Assembly: GCA_038145175.1 (NCBI GenBank)
Contig: JAYQPE010000004.1
Coordinates: 111,206-175,205 of the forward strand
Origin: Actinomycetes bacterium
GTDB lineage: Bacteria; Actinomycetota; Actinomycetes; S36-B12; UBA5976
Direction: 5' to 3'
DNA: 64,000 nucleotides
The position numbers and the translations under genes are program-made. How positions within the stretch are numbered: position 1 is the first letter of the stretch; every line of letters starts with the position of its first letter. The notes under the pieces were generated by a model. That model searched no databases. It saw only the letters and a list, made by a program, of their open reading frames with translations, and was not told where the DNA came from. This document shows positions 48,479 to 57,770 of this stretch, piece after piece.

Positions 48479-48870
48479 ACCGGAACTGAAGTTCCTATGA
48501 AAAACCCAATACCAAAAGCAGCAAGTCCTGCCCCAAAAGTAAATGCGGCGTATCCAAAAGTTGTAGTCCAGTTTCTTTTTTCAGTGTTCTCATGCATTTC
48601 TAAAGCAAGAGTTGAAAAAGTAGATAAAGATCCTGCAAAACCAACAGTTAAAAATGGTTGAAACCAGGATTGCCAACCTTGCATGGCAAAAAAGGCGTCA
48701 GAAAATAAAGCGGTTATAAGACCTAGAACAAATGAAGCAATGATATTTGATGGAAGTGATCCCATCGATATTTTTGAATTTTTTGTAATAAATCTGAAGC
48801 GATAACGAAGCATTGCACCAAATGCACCTCCGATTGCAACAGCAAACAATGTTGAAACAGTCTCGTTCAT
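48475..48870 (-). CDS. crcB: fluoride channel FluC/CrcB
   Basis: GGAFGAMLRY, GFAGSLSTFST. Confidence 0.88.
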   Translation of the reverse strand: MNETVSTLFAVAIGGAFGAMLRYRFRFITKNSKISMGSLPSNIIASFVLGLITALFSDAFFAMQGWQSWFQPFLTVGFAGSLSTFSTLALEMHENTEKRNWTTTFGYAAFTFGAGLAAFGIGFFIGTSVPV

Positions 48871-49262
48871 TTGTTACTTCTTTGCTTAGATTTTTTCAAC
48901 GCATAACTTGTAGCTATATAACAAGCAACAAAAGTTATAAAGACATATGAAAAGGCATAAATCCAATTTTGTGATTGAAGTTGCCAAGTAGTTTCTAAAA
49001 TAAAAGTAGAAAAAGTTGTAAAGCCACCTAAAACCCCAACTACCCAAAAATGCCAAACATCTAAGGAATGTTTTCTATGACCGGCAATCCAACCAATTAA
49101 TAAACAACCCAAGATATTAATTAATAAAGTTGGCCAGGCAAACCCTTCTTTTCCTAAGGGTAAAAGAGCTAATGAATCATCTAATCGAATTGAAATCATC
49201 CAACGCACAACACTTCCAATCGCACCGCCAAGTGCAATTAAAAGATATGGGGGAAAGTGCAT
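48867..49262 (-). CDS. crcB: fluoride channel FluC/CrcB (second paralogue)
   Basis: GGAIGSVVRW, TLLINILGC, GVLGGFTTFST. Start set at MHFPP. Confidence 0.88.
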   Translation of the reverse strand: MHFPPYLLIALGGAIGSVVRWMISIRLDDSLALLPLGKEGFAWPTLLINILGCLLIGWIAGHRKHSLDVWHFWVVGVLGGFTTFSTFILETTWQLQSQNWIYAFSYVFITFVACYIATSYALKKSKQRSNK

Positions 49263-49320
49263 ATATATAAATAGTAAGTCCAAGATGCTTATAAGTTGAG
49301 TAATTGGCACAATATGTTCT

Positions 49321-49608
49321 ATGCCCACTTATCAATATGCATGTACAGATTGTGAACATGAATTTGAAGTTGTGCAATCTTTTTCTGATGCTGCAATTTC
49401 CAAATGTGAAGAATGTGGTGGCGAAGTTAGAAAGAAGTTTGGTGCTGTAGGAGTTGTTTTTAAAGGCTCGGGGTTTTATAGAACAGATTCCAGAGAAAAG
49501 AAAAAACCTGAAACAAAGCCTAAAAAAGATGAAAAAGCTAAAGATGCTCCTAAGAAAGATACCCCTAAGGCTGAGAAAAAAGCCACAAAAACAAAAACTG
49601 ACAAATAG
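49321..49608 (+). CDS. FmdB family zinc-ribbon protein
   Basis: MPTYQYACTDC...CEECGG...VVFKGSGFYRTD, Lys-rich tail. Confidence 0.93.
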   Translation: MPTYQYACTDCEHEFEVVQSFSDAAISKCEECGGEVRKKFGAVGVVFKGSGFYRTDSREKKKPETKPKKDEKAKDAPKKDTPKAEKKATKTKTDK

Positions 49609-49668
49609 TTATCCACAGTTTAATTTATAAGCCCGACCTGATTTATTTAAATCATTTATTTTTGAATA

Positions 49669-50283
49669 ATGAAAAAATTAGAAGTAAACATAACAAAAAA
49701 AGATCTATTCACACTATTTAAGATTTATCGAAAAACTATTGCTTATTGTCTCTTAGCAATAGTTATTTACTCACTGGTTGACAAAGTTGCAAATAATTTT
49801 GCTACCCGTGAAACAATTGTGGCAAATAGAGACCTGTCTAGTGGCACAGTTTTAAGTAGTAATGATTTAAAAATTATTCGAATTCCAATTTCAGGAATTG
49901 CGCCAAATAGTTTAATAAGTGAAGAAATTGTGGGCAAAATGTTAACTTCAAATATTTCTGCTAATGAACAACTAACTTCCTCAAGACTTATCTCAAGTGG
50001 TCAAAATGATAAAAATCAAAGAATTGTTGGAGTTCGAATAAATGATTCAGAAATTGCCTCAATTTTAAAACCTGGTGCAATTGTTGATGTTGTAAAACTT
50101 AATAATTCTCAAGGTATTTTTGGTGGGTTAATAGCCCAAAAAGTTATGGTCGTTGCTTTGGCTGAAAAGAAGTCTTCTTTTGGTGCAAATGCTGGTTTGG
50201 TTGTTTTAGTGAGCACTTCAACAAAAGATGCATTAGAACTTGCAATTAATTCAGGAGAAAAACTAACTGTTTTAATGCACTAA
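49669..50283 (+). CDS. SAF/CpaB-domain protein
   Basis: TM, then VANRDLSSGTVL, LKPGAIVDV; conserved position after FmdB. Confidence 0.8.
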   Translation: MKKLEVNITKKDLFTLFKIYRKTIAYCLLAIVIYSLVDKVANNFATRETIVANRDLSSGTVLSSNDLKIIRIPISGIAPNSLISEEIVGKMLTSNISANEQLTSSRLISSGQNDKNQRIVGVRINDSEIASILKPGAIVDVVKLNNSQGIFGGLIAQKVMVVALAEKKSSFGANAGLVVLVSTSTKDALELAINSGEKLTVLMH

Positions 50284-50326
50284 ATTAAATTACTTTTATT
50301 AAATCAATTAGGCTAGAAATTACTTC

Positions 50327-50399
50327 GCCCTCGTAGCTCAACGGATAGAGCGACTGCGTCCTAAGCAATAGGTTGGGGGTTCAATTCCCTCCGAGGGCA
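50327..50399 (+). tRNA. tRNA-Arg(CCT)
   Basis: GCCCTCG acceptor, GCTC/GAGC D-stem, GTCCTAA loop, GTTCAATT T-loop, CGAGGGCA. Confidence 0.88.
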
Positions 50400-50455
50400 C
50401 ATACACACTATTTAAATAACGCACTTTTATCATTTAGAAGACTAAAGTTAAACGC

Positions 50456-50914
50456 ATGTTTGATTTGGCAATGATTGATCCGTGGCAACAATTAACTGTA
50501 ATTTTTAATACAATTCTTGCTGCAATTCTTGGTTCAATTATTGGATACGAAAGAGATCGGGCAGGAAAATCTGCAGGTCCAAGAACTATGGCTTTAGTTG
50601 CAGCTGCAGCTGCAATAGTTGTTTCCATGGGAGAAATTGTTGGACTAAATGCACAATTTGGTGATCCAACTAGATCAATGCATGCAATCATGACTGGCAT
50701 TGGTTTTCTTGGTGCTGGTTTAATTTTTTCTAATCAAGCAAAAGGAATTAAAGGTGTAACAACTGCTGCAACTGTTTTTGCAACAGCAGCAATGGGTTGC
50801 GGAGTTGGTTTAGGTTTTCAATTAGCAGCAGCAGCTATGACACTTGTGGTAATTGCAATTTTAAGATCAACCCAAGTTTTAGAAAGAACACTTCATTCTG
50901 GAAGTGATGATTAA
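50456..50914 (+). CDS. MgtC/SapB family membrane protein (no C-terminal ACT domain)
   Basis: GSIIGYERD...AGPRTMALV...DPTR...GIGFLGAG...GVTTAA. Confidence 0.88.
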   Translation: MFDLAMIDPWQQLTVIFNTILAAILGSIIGYERDRAGKSAGPRTMALVAAAAAIVVSMGEIVGLNAQFGDPTRSMHAIMTGIGFLGAGLIFSNQAKGIKGVTTAATVFATAAMGCGVGLGFQLAAAAMTLVVIAILRSTQVLERTLHSGSDD

Positions 50915-51696
50915 GAGTTGTAATCAACTCTTCCATAACTTACTCTTTTTGCATAAATATTTGTTTTAGCAAGTCTTAAGCCAGGACGTCTGGCATGCCA
51001 AATCTTTCCTTTACCTGCATAAATTGCAACGTGATAAACAGTTCCTTTTTTATTATGAAAGAAAACTAAATCTCCAACTTTTAATTCATCTCTACTTATT
51101 TTTGGAGTTTCTCTTCTCATATCTCTGGAAGTTCTGCCAAAAGTTACCCCAACTGGTTTCATGGCCCATAACACAAAACCTGAACAATCAAATCCATTAG
51201 TTGTTGTGCCACCGCGTCTATAACGAGCTCCTTTAACACTTGCAGCTCTATCTAAAACAACTGCAACTTTCTTTGCTCTTTCTTCATCTAAACCTTCACT
51301 AATTAATTCATCTGGATTGACTTCTTTGACTGTCTCTTCTTCAATTACTCCTTCTTCTTTTACAGGAGTATTACTTTCTTCTCTATTTATTGCTTCAAAA
51401 ATTGCTTTCCATCCAAGTGGTCCTAAAACGGTGCCATCATCAGTGTCGCCTTGAACTTCATAAAATTCTGCAATTGCAGCAGTTGTGGCAGGTCCATATT
51501 TTCCATTTGCTACAGGAATTGGATAACCAAGTTTGATTAAAGCTTTCTGAACTTTTTTAACAGAGTCATTTTCAACACCACGGGTTAATTTTTCAATACC
51601 TGGATAATCAGGAATTTCATCAGCAAATGAAGGCATTGAATAGCCAGTTGTAATTAATAGTGTGGCCAATGTTGAGATCAATATTTTCTTTAACAC
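50911..51696 (-). CDS. secreted NlpC/P60 peptidoglycan hydrolase with PG-binding domain
   Basis: Signal peptide, VKKVQKALIKLGY...GKYGPATTAAI PG-binding motif, FDCSGF, GDLVFF, HVAIYAG. Confidence 0.92.
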   Translation of the reverse strand: MLKKILISTLATLLITTGYSMPSFADEIPDYPGIEKLTRGVENDSVKKVQKALIKLGYPIPVANGKYGPATTAAIAEFYEVQGDTDDGTVLGPLGWKAIFEAINREESNTPVKEEGVIEEETVKEVNPDELISEGLDEERAKKVAVVLDRAASVKGARYRRGGTTTNGFDCSGFVLWAMKPVGVTFGRTSRDMRRETPKISRDELKVGDLVFFHNKKGTVYHVAIYAGKGKIWHARRPGLRLAKTNIYAKRVSYGRVDYNS

Positions 51697-51842
51697 CGTT
51701 CCAAAATAACACAGGAATTTTCAAGCCTTGCTGCAATTTTTTCTATTTGTGGGAAGAATTTATTGATCTTTTGTGCTTAAAGTGACATATGTCTCCTCAA
51801 GTTATTCATAATGCATTTCAATTTGTGCTTGATTGAAATAGC

Positions 51843-52208
51843 ATGAATTTTGTGAAAATTGATAAATCTCAAATCAGTCACGCACTATATATATGCATCA
51901 TTCCTATGGTTTCCTCTCTTTATATAGGTGAACTTCTTACTTTTCTTTTCGTCTTTTCACTTGTTTATGCTTTTTATAAACAACCTAAAAAGATTTCTCA
52001 AATCTGGTTAACTTCTGTCTTTTTACTTTGGATTGTTTATGGTTTAGCAGGACTAATTGGCTTAATTCCTTTAGCTGGTGAAGAAGGAAGTGGTGAAACC
52101 ATTTGGTCATTTGGATTTGAGTCTTTTATCTTTATGTTCTTTTTAGTGTTAATTCCAACCTTTATCGGTCGTTTAATCGGCAAAAGGTTTAAAAAAGTTA
52201 GAAAATAA
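51843..52208 (+). CDS. hypothetical membrane protein
   Basis: 121 aa, about 4 hydrophobic segments, basic C-terminus. Confidence 0.6.
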   Translation: MNFVKIDKSQISHALYICIIPMVSSLYIGELLTFLFVFSLVYAFYKQPKKISQIWLTSVFLLWIVYGLAGLIGLIPLAGEEGSGETIWSFGFESFIFMFFLVLIPTFIGRLIGKRFKKVRK

Positions 52209-52246
52209 AAGTAGTCAAGATTAGGTTTGGCAACTAATCTGTACTC

Positions 52247-53638
52247 ATGCCTAGTGTGATGTGGTTTAGAAGAGATCTTCGACTTAATGACCATCCGGCT
52301 TTAAATGCGGCAATAGATAGCGCTTTTGAAGATGGCGATAAAAACGTGGTAGCACTATTCAATATTGATCCCAAAGTATTTGATGATGCAGGAAATCCTT
52401 TAAAGGCTTATCAAGATGCTTCTTTAAAATCATTAGATGAATCTTTAAACAACAATTTACTAATAAGACATGGGGATCCAAAAAAAGTAATAGTTGAAGT
52501 AGCAATTGCTGCAAAAGCTAAAACTGTTCATATCTCAGAAGATTTTGAACCATATGGTCGAAAAAGAGATATTGAAGTTGAAAAAGAATTAGCAAAAAAT
52601 GGCATAAAACTAATTAGAACAGGTTCTGCATATGCAGTAGCACCTTTTAGAGTCACTAAAGATGATGGAACTCCTTATCGAGTTTTTACTCCTTTCTATA
52701 AATCTTGGCTAAATCATGGTTGGAGAAAACCAGCACCTAAATTTAAAAAAGAACCAAATTGGATAAAACCATTAAAAAATGAAGGAAGACCAAAAGTAAC
52801 AAGTGAAATAGAAATTCCTAAAGCTGGAGAAAAAAATGCTTTAGATTTATTTACTAAATTTTTAAAATCAGGAATTAAGGGATATGACCAAAATAGAAAT
52901 AGACCAGATCTAGAAGGCACTTCTAAATTAAGTATTCCTTTAAGGTTTGGTGAAATTCATCCCCGCACAATATTGATGGAATTAAATGATTCAAAAGATC
53001 ATGACACTTTTAGAAAAGAAATCTGTTGGCGTGAATTTTATGCAGAAGTTTTAGCAACTGCTCCAGAAAGTGAAACTAAATCTCTAGATCAAAAATGGGA
53101 ATTAATGGGTTGGGATTTAGAAAAAGATTACAAGCAAAAACTTAAAATCTGGCAAGAAGGAAAAACAGGTTTTCCTTTAGTTGATGCTGGCATGAGACAA
53201 CTAAAAGAATCTGGTTGGATGCATAATCGAGTTCGAATGGTTGTGGCATCTTTTTTGGTTAAAGATTTACATATTCACTGGCGACATGGTGCCGAATGGT
53301 TTATGAAAAATTTACTTGATGGAGATATCGCGAGCAACTCTCACGGTTGGCAATGGACTGCAGGTTGTGGCACAGATGCATCTCCTTATTACCGAATTTT
53401 TAATCCCATGATGCAAGCAGAAAAGTTTGATCCAAATGCTGATTATGTTCGTAAATGGATTCCAGAATTAAGACATCTAAAAGGTATTAGTGCTCATACT
53501 CCTTGGGATCAACCTGATGGCTATAAACATGGTTATCCAAAAAGAATGGTTGATCATCAAATAGAACGTGATGAAACTTTAAGAAGATATAAAGCAAGTA
53601 AGGGAGAAAAAGTTATTAAGGAGAAATTCTCTCGATAA
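52247..53638 (+). CDS. phrB: deoxyribodipyrimidine (CPD) photolyase, class I-like
   Basis: WFRRDLRLNDHPAL, YRVFTPF, TSKLS..LRFGEI, WREFY, GWMHNRVRM, WQWTAGCGTD, RIFNP. Confidence 0.94.
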   Translation: MPSVMWFRRDLRLNDHPALNAAIDSAFEDGDKNVVALFNIDPKVFDDAGNPLKAYQDASLKSLDESLNNNLLIRHGDPKKVIVEVAIAAKAKTVHISEDFEPYGRKRDIEVEKELAKNGIKLIRTGSAYAVAPFRVTKDDGTPYRVFTPFYKSWLNHGWRKPAPKFKKEPNWIKPLKNEGRPKVTSEIEIPKAGEKNALDLFTKFLKSGIKGYDQNRNRPDLEGTSKLSIPLRFGEIHPRTILMELNDSKDHDTFRKEICWREFYAEVLATAPESETKSLDQKWELMGWDLEKDYKQKLKIWQEGKTGFPLVDAGMRQLKESGWMHNRVRMVVASFLVKDLHIHWRHGAEWFMKNLLDGDIASNSHGWQWTAGCGTDASPYYRIFNPMMQAEKFDPNADYVRKWIPELRHLKGISAHTPWDQPDGYKHGYPKRMVDHQIERDETLRRYKASKGEKVIKEKFSR

Positions 53639-54263
53639 CCCATCCAGAGTTATTTATGGTGTATCTAATTCGATCATGCAATCTTGAAGGTCTACCTTGC
53701 CAAAACTCAATACTATTTACACTTACTAAATAACCACCCCAATGTTTTGGCATTGGTACTTCATCTGGATATTGCTTCATAAATTCAGAAACTTTCTTTT
53801 CTAATTCTTCTCGAGATTTAATAACTTCTGATTGATTACTTACCCAAGCACTAATTTTTGAACCATAAGGCCTAGTTTTGAAATAATCTTTTGAATCCTC
53901 TTCACTTATTTCACTAGCTGTTCCTTTAATAATTACTTGCCTGTGTAAATCAATCCAAGAAAATAACAGAGTACAAAATGGATTTGCTTTTAAATCTTTT
54001 GCTTTATCTGAATTTTTGTTTGTAAAGAAAATAAATCCATTTTCATCAAATGATTTTAATAAAACATTTCTTAAACCAGGTTGGCCATCTTTATTACTTG
54101 TAGCTAACACCATTGCATTTGGTTCAGATATTTGTTTAGCAATTGCTTCATTCATCCAAGTTTGAAATTGTTTAAAGGGGTTGTTAGATATGTCACTTTC
54201 ATTTAAATCGCCTTGCTCGTAAGAGATTCTTAAAGATTCAAACCAATCTTTGGAAGTTGACAT
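53616..54263 (-). CDS. pdxH: pyridoxamine 5'-phosphate oxidase
   Basis: EPNAMVLAT, RNVLLK, RQVIIKG, YFKTRP, WGGY, EFWQGRPSRLHDR. Confidence 0.96.
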   Translation of the reverse strand: MSTSKDWFESLRISYEQGDLNESDISNNPFKQFQTWMNEAIAKQISEPNAMVLATSNKDGQPGLRNVLLKSFDENGFIFFTNKNSDKAKDLKANPFCTLLFSWIDLHRQVIIKGTASEISEEDSKDYFKTRPYGSKISAWVSNQSEVIKSREELEKKVSEFMKQYPDEVPMPKHWGGYLVSVNSIEFWQGRPSRLHDRIRYTINNSGWVIERISP

Positions 54264-54337
54264 AACCCGATTCCACCATGTGGAATTGATTAAGCAAAGA
54301 TAGACTCACAAGATTTCTTCAACCAGAAAGGCAAACG

Positions 54338-55444
54338 ATGCCAGATTTCGTGCCAGGTCTGGAAGGAATTGTTGCTTTTGAAACCACAATCGCTGAACCA
54401 GATCGCGAAGGTGGAGCTCTTAGATATCGCGGTGTAGATATTGAAGATCTTGTTGGCAGAGTTAGTTTTGGTCCTGTTTGGGGACTTTTAGTTGACGATA
54501 ATTTTTCTCCAGGTTTACCAATTCCAGATCCTCACCAAATTCCAATTAGAACTGGTGACACCAGAGTTGATATTCAAAGTTCAGTTGCTCAACTTGGGGC
54601 ACGTTGGAAACTAAAACCTATTTTAGATATTGATCATGTTCAAGTTAGAGAAGATTTATCAAGAGTTACCGCAACCGCATTAATGTATGTTGCTCAATCT
54701 GCTCGCGGTGAGCAAACTCCAGTTTCAGAGGATCACATTGCTAAATCTTCAACTTCAGTTGAAAGATTTATGAAACGTTGGCGTGGAGAACCAGATCCAA
54801 AACATATAAAAGCAGTTGATGCTTATTTTGTTTCTGCAGCAGAACATGGCATGAATGCTTCAACTTTCACAGCAAGAGTTATAGCTTCAACTGGAGCAGA
54901 TGTTGCAGCTTCTATTTCAGGTGCAATTGGTGCAATGAGTGGACCATTACATGGTGGTGCCCCAAGTCGAGTGCTGCACATGATTGAAGAAATAGAAAAA
55001 GGTGTTGATCCAGAAACTTATGTGAAGCGTTTACTTGACTCTAAAGAAAGATTAATGGGCTTTGGTCACAGAGTTTATAGAGCACAAGATCCAAGAGCAA
55101 AAGTTTTAAGAAGAACTGCAAAAGAATTAGGTGCTCCTCGTTATGAAATTGCTGAAGCTTTAGAAAAAGCTGCGTTAAAAGAATTACATGAAAGACATCC
55201 TGAAAGAGTTTTAGAAACAAATGTTGAATTCTGGGCTGCAATTGTTTTAGATTATGCCCAAGTTCCTGCACACTTATTTACTTCAATGTTTACTTGTGCT
55301 CGTTTAGCAGGTTGGTCTGCTCATATTTTGGAGCAAAAAAATACCGGTAAATTAGTTAGACCTTCTGCTACTTACATCGGTAAAGGTCCAAGAAGTGCAG
55401 ATTCTGTTGCAGGTTTTTCAGACAAAATAAAACCTTCTTACTAA
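54338..55444 (+). CDS. citA: citrate synthase 2 (actinobacterial CitA type)
   Basis: FVPGLEG, EHGMNASTF, GPLHGGA, MGFGHRVY, ETNVEFW. Confidence 0.93.
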   Translation: MPDFVPGLEGIVAFETTIAEPDREGGALRYRGVDIEDLVGRVSFGPVWGLLVDDNFSPGLPIPDPHQIPIRTGDTRVDIQSSVAQLGARWKLKPILDIDHVQVREDLSRVTATALMYVAQSARGEQTPVSEDHIAKSSTSVERFMKRWRGEPDPKHIKAVDAYFVSAAEHGMNASTFTARVIASTGADVAASISGAIGAMSGPLHGGAPSRVLHMIEEIEKGVDPETYVKRLLDSKERLMGFGHRVYRAQDPRAKVLRRTAKELGAPRYEIAEALEKAALKELHERHPERVLETNVEFWAAIVLDYAQVPAHLFTSMFTCARLAGWSAHILEQKNTGKLVRPSATYIGKGPRSADSVAGFSDKIKPSY

Positions 55445-55446
55445 AC

Positions 55447-56565
55447 ATGTCAGAAATTCCAAATATTGTAATTCCTGAAAATTTAAAACCAAAAGATTTA
55501 AGATTTGGTTCGGGTCCAAGTAAAATTAGAGCAACTCAATTAGCAGCACTTGTTGCCTCAAATCCTTCCTATTTAGGCACAAGTCATCGACAAAAAACTG
55601 TTAGAGATGTTGTGAAATCTTTAAGAGAAGGTTTACATAAATTATTTAATTTGCCTGATGGTTATGAAGTTTTAATTGGAAATGGTGGCACGACTGCATT
55701 TTGGGATGCAGCAATTTTTTGCTTAATAAAAGAGAATGGACAGTTTTTATCATTTGGTGAATTTAGTAATAAATTTGCACAAGGAGCCAAAAATACACCT
55801 TTTTTAAAAAATGTTGACATCATAAAATCAGAACCAGGTGATGCTCCAGATTACGCACCTAATTCTAGTTTTGATGTTTATGCCACAGCCCATAATGAAA
55901 CAAGTACAGGTGTAATGAAGGAAGTTAAAAGACCTAAAGCTGAAGGTTTACATTTAATTGATGCAACTTCTGCTGCAGGTGGAGCAATGGTTGATCCTAA
56001 AGAATTTGATGCTTACTATTTTGGTCCACAAAAATCTTTTGGTTCAGACGGTGGATTATTTGTAGCAATTTTAAGTCCTGCAGCAATTTCTAGAATTGAA
56101 GAAATTAAAAAAACCAATAGGTGGCAACCACCATTCTTAGATCTATCAATAACTTTAGAAAATTCAAGATTAAATCAGACTTATAACACTCCAGCACTTG
56201 CCACAATTCATATGTTTGAAAATCAAGTTGCTTGGTTTAATGAAAATGGTGGTCTTGCTTGGTCAAGTAATAAATCAAAAACATCTGCAGAATTTCTCTA
56301 TAATTGGGCTGAATCAAGAGACTTTGCCAAACCTTTTGTTGACAAGAAAGAATTAAGATCAAGTGTTGTAGCAACAATTGATTTCATTGATTCCATAGAT
56401 GCTTTACAAATTTCAGCAATACTTCGTGCAAATGGAATTGTTGATACAGATTCATATAGAAAAATTGGAAAAAATCAAATCAGAGTTGGTGTTTTTCCAT
56501 CTGTTGAATTAAGTGATGTTGAAGCATTAACTAATTGCATAGATTACATAGTAGAAAAACTTTAG
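55447..56565 (+). CDS. serC: phosphoserine aminotransferase
   Basis: RFGSGPSK, GTSHRQ, HNETSTG, DATSAAG, QKSFGSDGG, YNTPA, SYRKIG. Confidence 0.95.
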   Translation: MSEIPNIVIPENLKPKDLRFGSGPSKIRATQLAALVASNPSYLGTSHRQKTVRDVVKSLREGLHKLFNLPDGYEVLIGNGGTTAFWDAAIFCLIKENGQFLSFGEFSNKFAQGAKNTPFLKNVDIIKSEPGDAPDYAPNSSFDVYATAHNETSTGVMKEVKRPKAEGLHLIDATSAAGGAMVDPKEFDAYYFGPQKSFGSDGGLFVAILSPAAISRIEEIKKTNRWQPPFLDLSITLENSRLNQTYNTPALATIHMFENQVAWFNENGGLAWSSNKSKTSAEFLYNWAESRDFAKPFVDKKELRSSVVATIDFIDSIDALQISAILRANGIVDTDSYRKIGKNQIRVGVFPSVELSDVEALTNCIDYIVEKL

Positions 56566-56627
56566 TTCTAATAAAAATATACCAAATAAGGTATTGAAAA
56601 TTTTATAAAAACCATTAAGGTACGCCC

Positions 56628-56879
56628 GTGATATACCTTGATGCGGAAATCCAACAACGTCGCATTGCGTTTGGTAAATCTATGAAAAAAATTCGCATCC
56701 AAGCAAAAATAAGTCAAGAAAGATTAGCTGAAGTCGCAGGTTTAGATCGTAAAACGATTTCTCGAATAGAAAATGGTCATCTCTCCCCTTCTCTAGATAA
56801 CTTATGGGCTATCGCTGATGCATTAGACATGCAAGCCTATGAATTACTTTTGCCCATGGCAAGAAAAGACTCTAAATAA
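56628..56879 (+). CDS. XRE-family HTH regulator
   Basis: SQERLAEVAGLDRKTISRIENG...PSLDNL. Confidence 0.9.
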   Translation: MIYLDAEIQQRRIAFGKSMKKIRIQAKISQERLAEVAGLDRKTISRIENGHLSPSLDNLWAIADALDMQAYELLLPMARKDSK

Positions 56880-56955
56880 AAGTTTGAATTAAAGCAGCAA
56901 TAACTAATCCAAAAAGTACTAATAATGTGATGATTCTTCTAGTTTTTGTGTTCAT
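56872..56955 (-). CDS. putative 27-aa single-TM small protein (not in ORF track)
   Basis: My translation: MNTKTRRIITLLVLFGLVIAALIQTFI*; basic N-terminus plus a ~19-residue hydrophobic helix. No SD seen. Confidence 0.45.
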   Translation of the reverse strand: MNTKTRRIITLLVLFGLVIAALIQTFI

Positions 56956-57010
56956 AAACGCTTAGTTAATAATACGAAATTACTTAACCTTGGCATAATT
57001 AGTCTTACCT

Positions 57011-57442
57011 ATGAGCACAAATCTTTCAAAAGAAGAAAAACAGGAAGTCTTTGGATTTTTTGATCCCGACCAATACGAAGATGAAGTTAAAGAAAAATAT
57101 AGTCAAACAGATGCCTATAAACAGTCGAATGCAAAAACTAAGAATTACACCAAAGAAGATTGGGCGCAAATGGCTTTGGAGTCAGATTTCATAGTTCAAA
57201 GATTTAAGAATCTTATGGAAAAAGGAATTGATCCTGAGAGTGCTGAAGCCAAAGAAGTAGCTGAAGCCCACAGGCAACACATCACTAAATGGTTTTATAA
57301 CTGCAGCTATGAGATCCACTCAGGTTTAGCGTTTATGTATATCTTGGATGAGAGATTTAAAGAAAACTATGAAAAACATGCAATTGGGCTTGCTCAATAT
57401 ATTCATGATGCAATCACTGCAAATTCGATAGAGAATATATAA
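57011..57442 (+). CDS. stand-alone TipAS antibiotic-recognition domain protein
   Basis: YEDEVKEKY..TDAYKQS, HRQHITKWFYNCSYEIHSGLAFMYILDERF, GLAQYIHDAI. Confidence 0.88.
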   Translation: MSTNLSKEEKQEVFGFFDPDQYEDEVKEKYSQTDAYKQSNAKTKNYTKEDWAQMALESDFIVQRFKNLMEKGIDPESAEAKEVAEAHRQHITKWFYNCSYEIHSGLAFMYILDERFKENYEKHAIGLAQYIHDAITANSIENI

Positions 57443-57736
57443 ATGAGCGAATATCAAATCACAAGTTGGAAAAACATTCCATCATTAGTCACAGTTAGAG
57501 AAGGTGACAAAGTTGTAAAAACTCAATTGCCTCAAAGATTTCAAGAAGCAATTGATGAAGCAGCAATGAGACTTAATGAAACTGACGCTGATAGTTATAT
57601 GAACGGTTGGAATAGATCTGAATGGATCAAAGCAGATGGAGAACCGGCTATAATTGCAGAACAGGTTGTTGCTGGTATTGAGAAAGATTTCTCCGAGGAA
57701 AACCTCGCGGCATTACTTGATGAATTAGGTAAATAG
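57443..57736 (+). CDS. 'Virulence factor' (PF13769-like) small protein
   Basis: WKNIPSLV...LPQRFQEAIDEAAM...DSYMNGW. Confidence 0.75.
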   Translation: MSEYQITSWKNIPSLVTVREGDKVVKTQLPQRFQEAIDEAAMRLNETDADSYMNGWNRSEWIKADGEPAIIAEQVVAGIEKDFSEENLAALLDELGK

Positions 57737-57770
57737 TAAAACTAATTTTATTAAGGATGGAGAAATCTAT

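Noticed and set aside
40800-49328. N-terminal extensions in the ORF track (tatD to 41789, rsmI to 44201, crcB to 49328; also eno to 27872, xdhC to 23622)
   Set aside because: They overlap neighbouring genes and lack family similarity; downstream starts with SD or stop-start coupling fit better.
51697-51842. c-di-AMP (ydaO) riboswitch upstream of the NlpC/P60 gene
   Set aside because: The leader is short and AT-rich, with none of the conserved ydaO elements.
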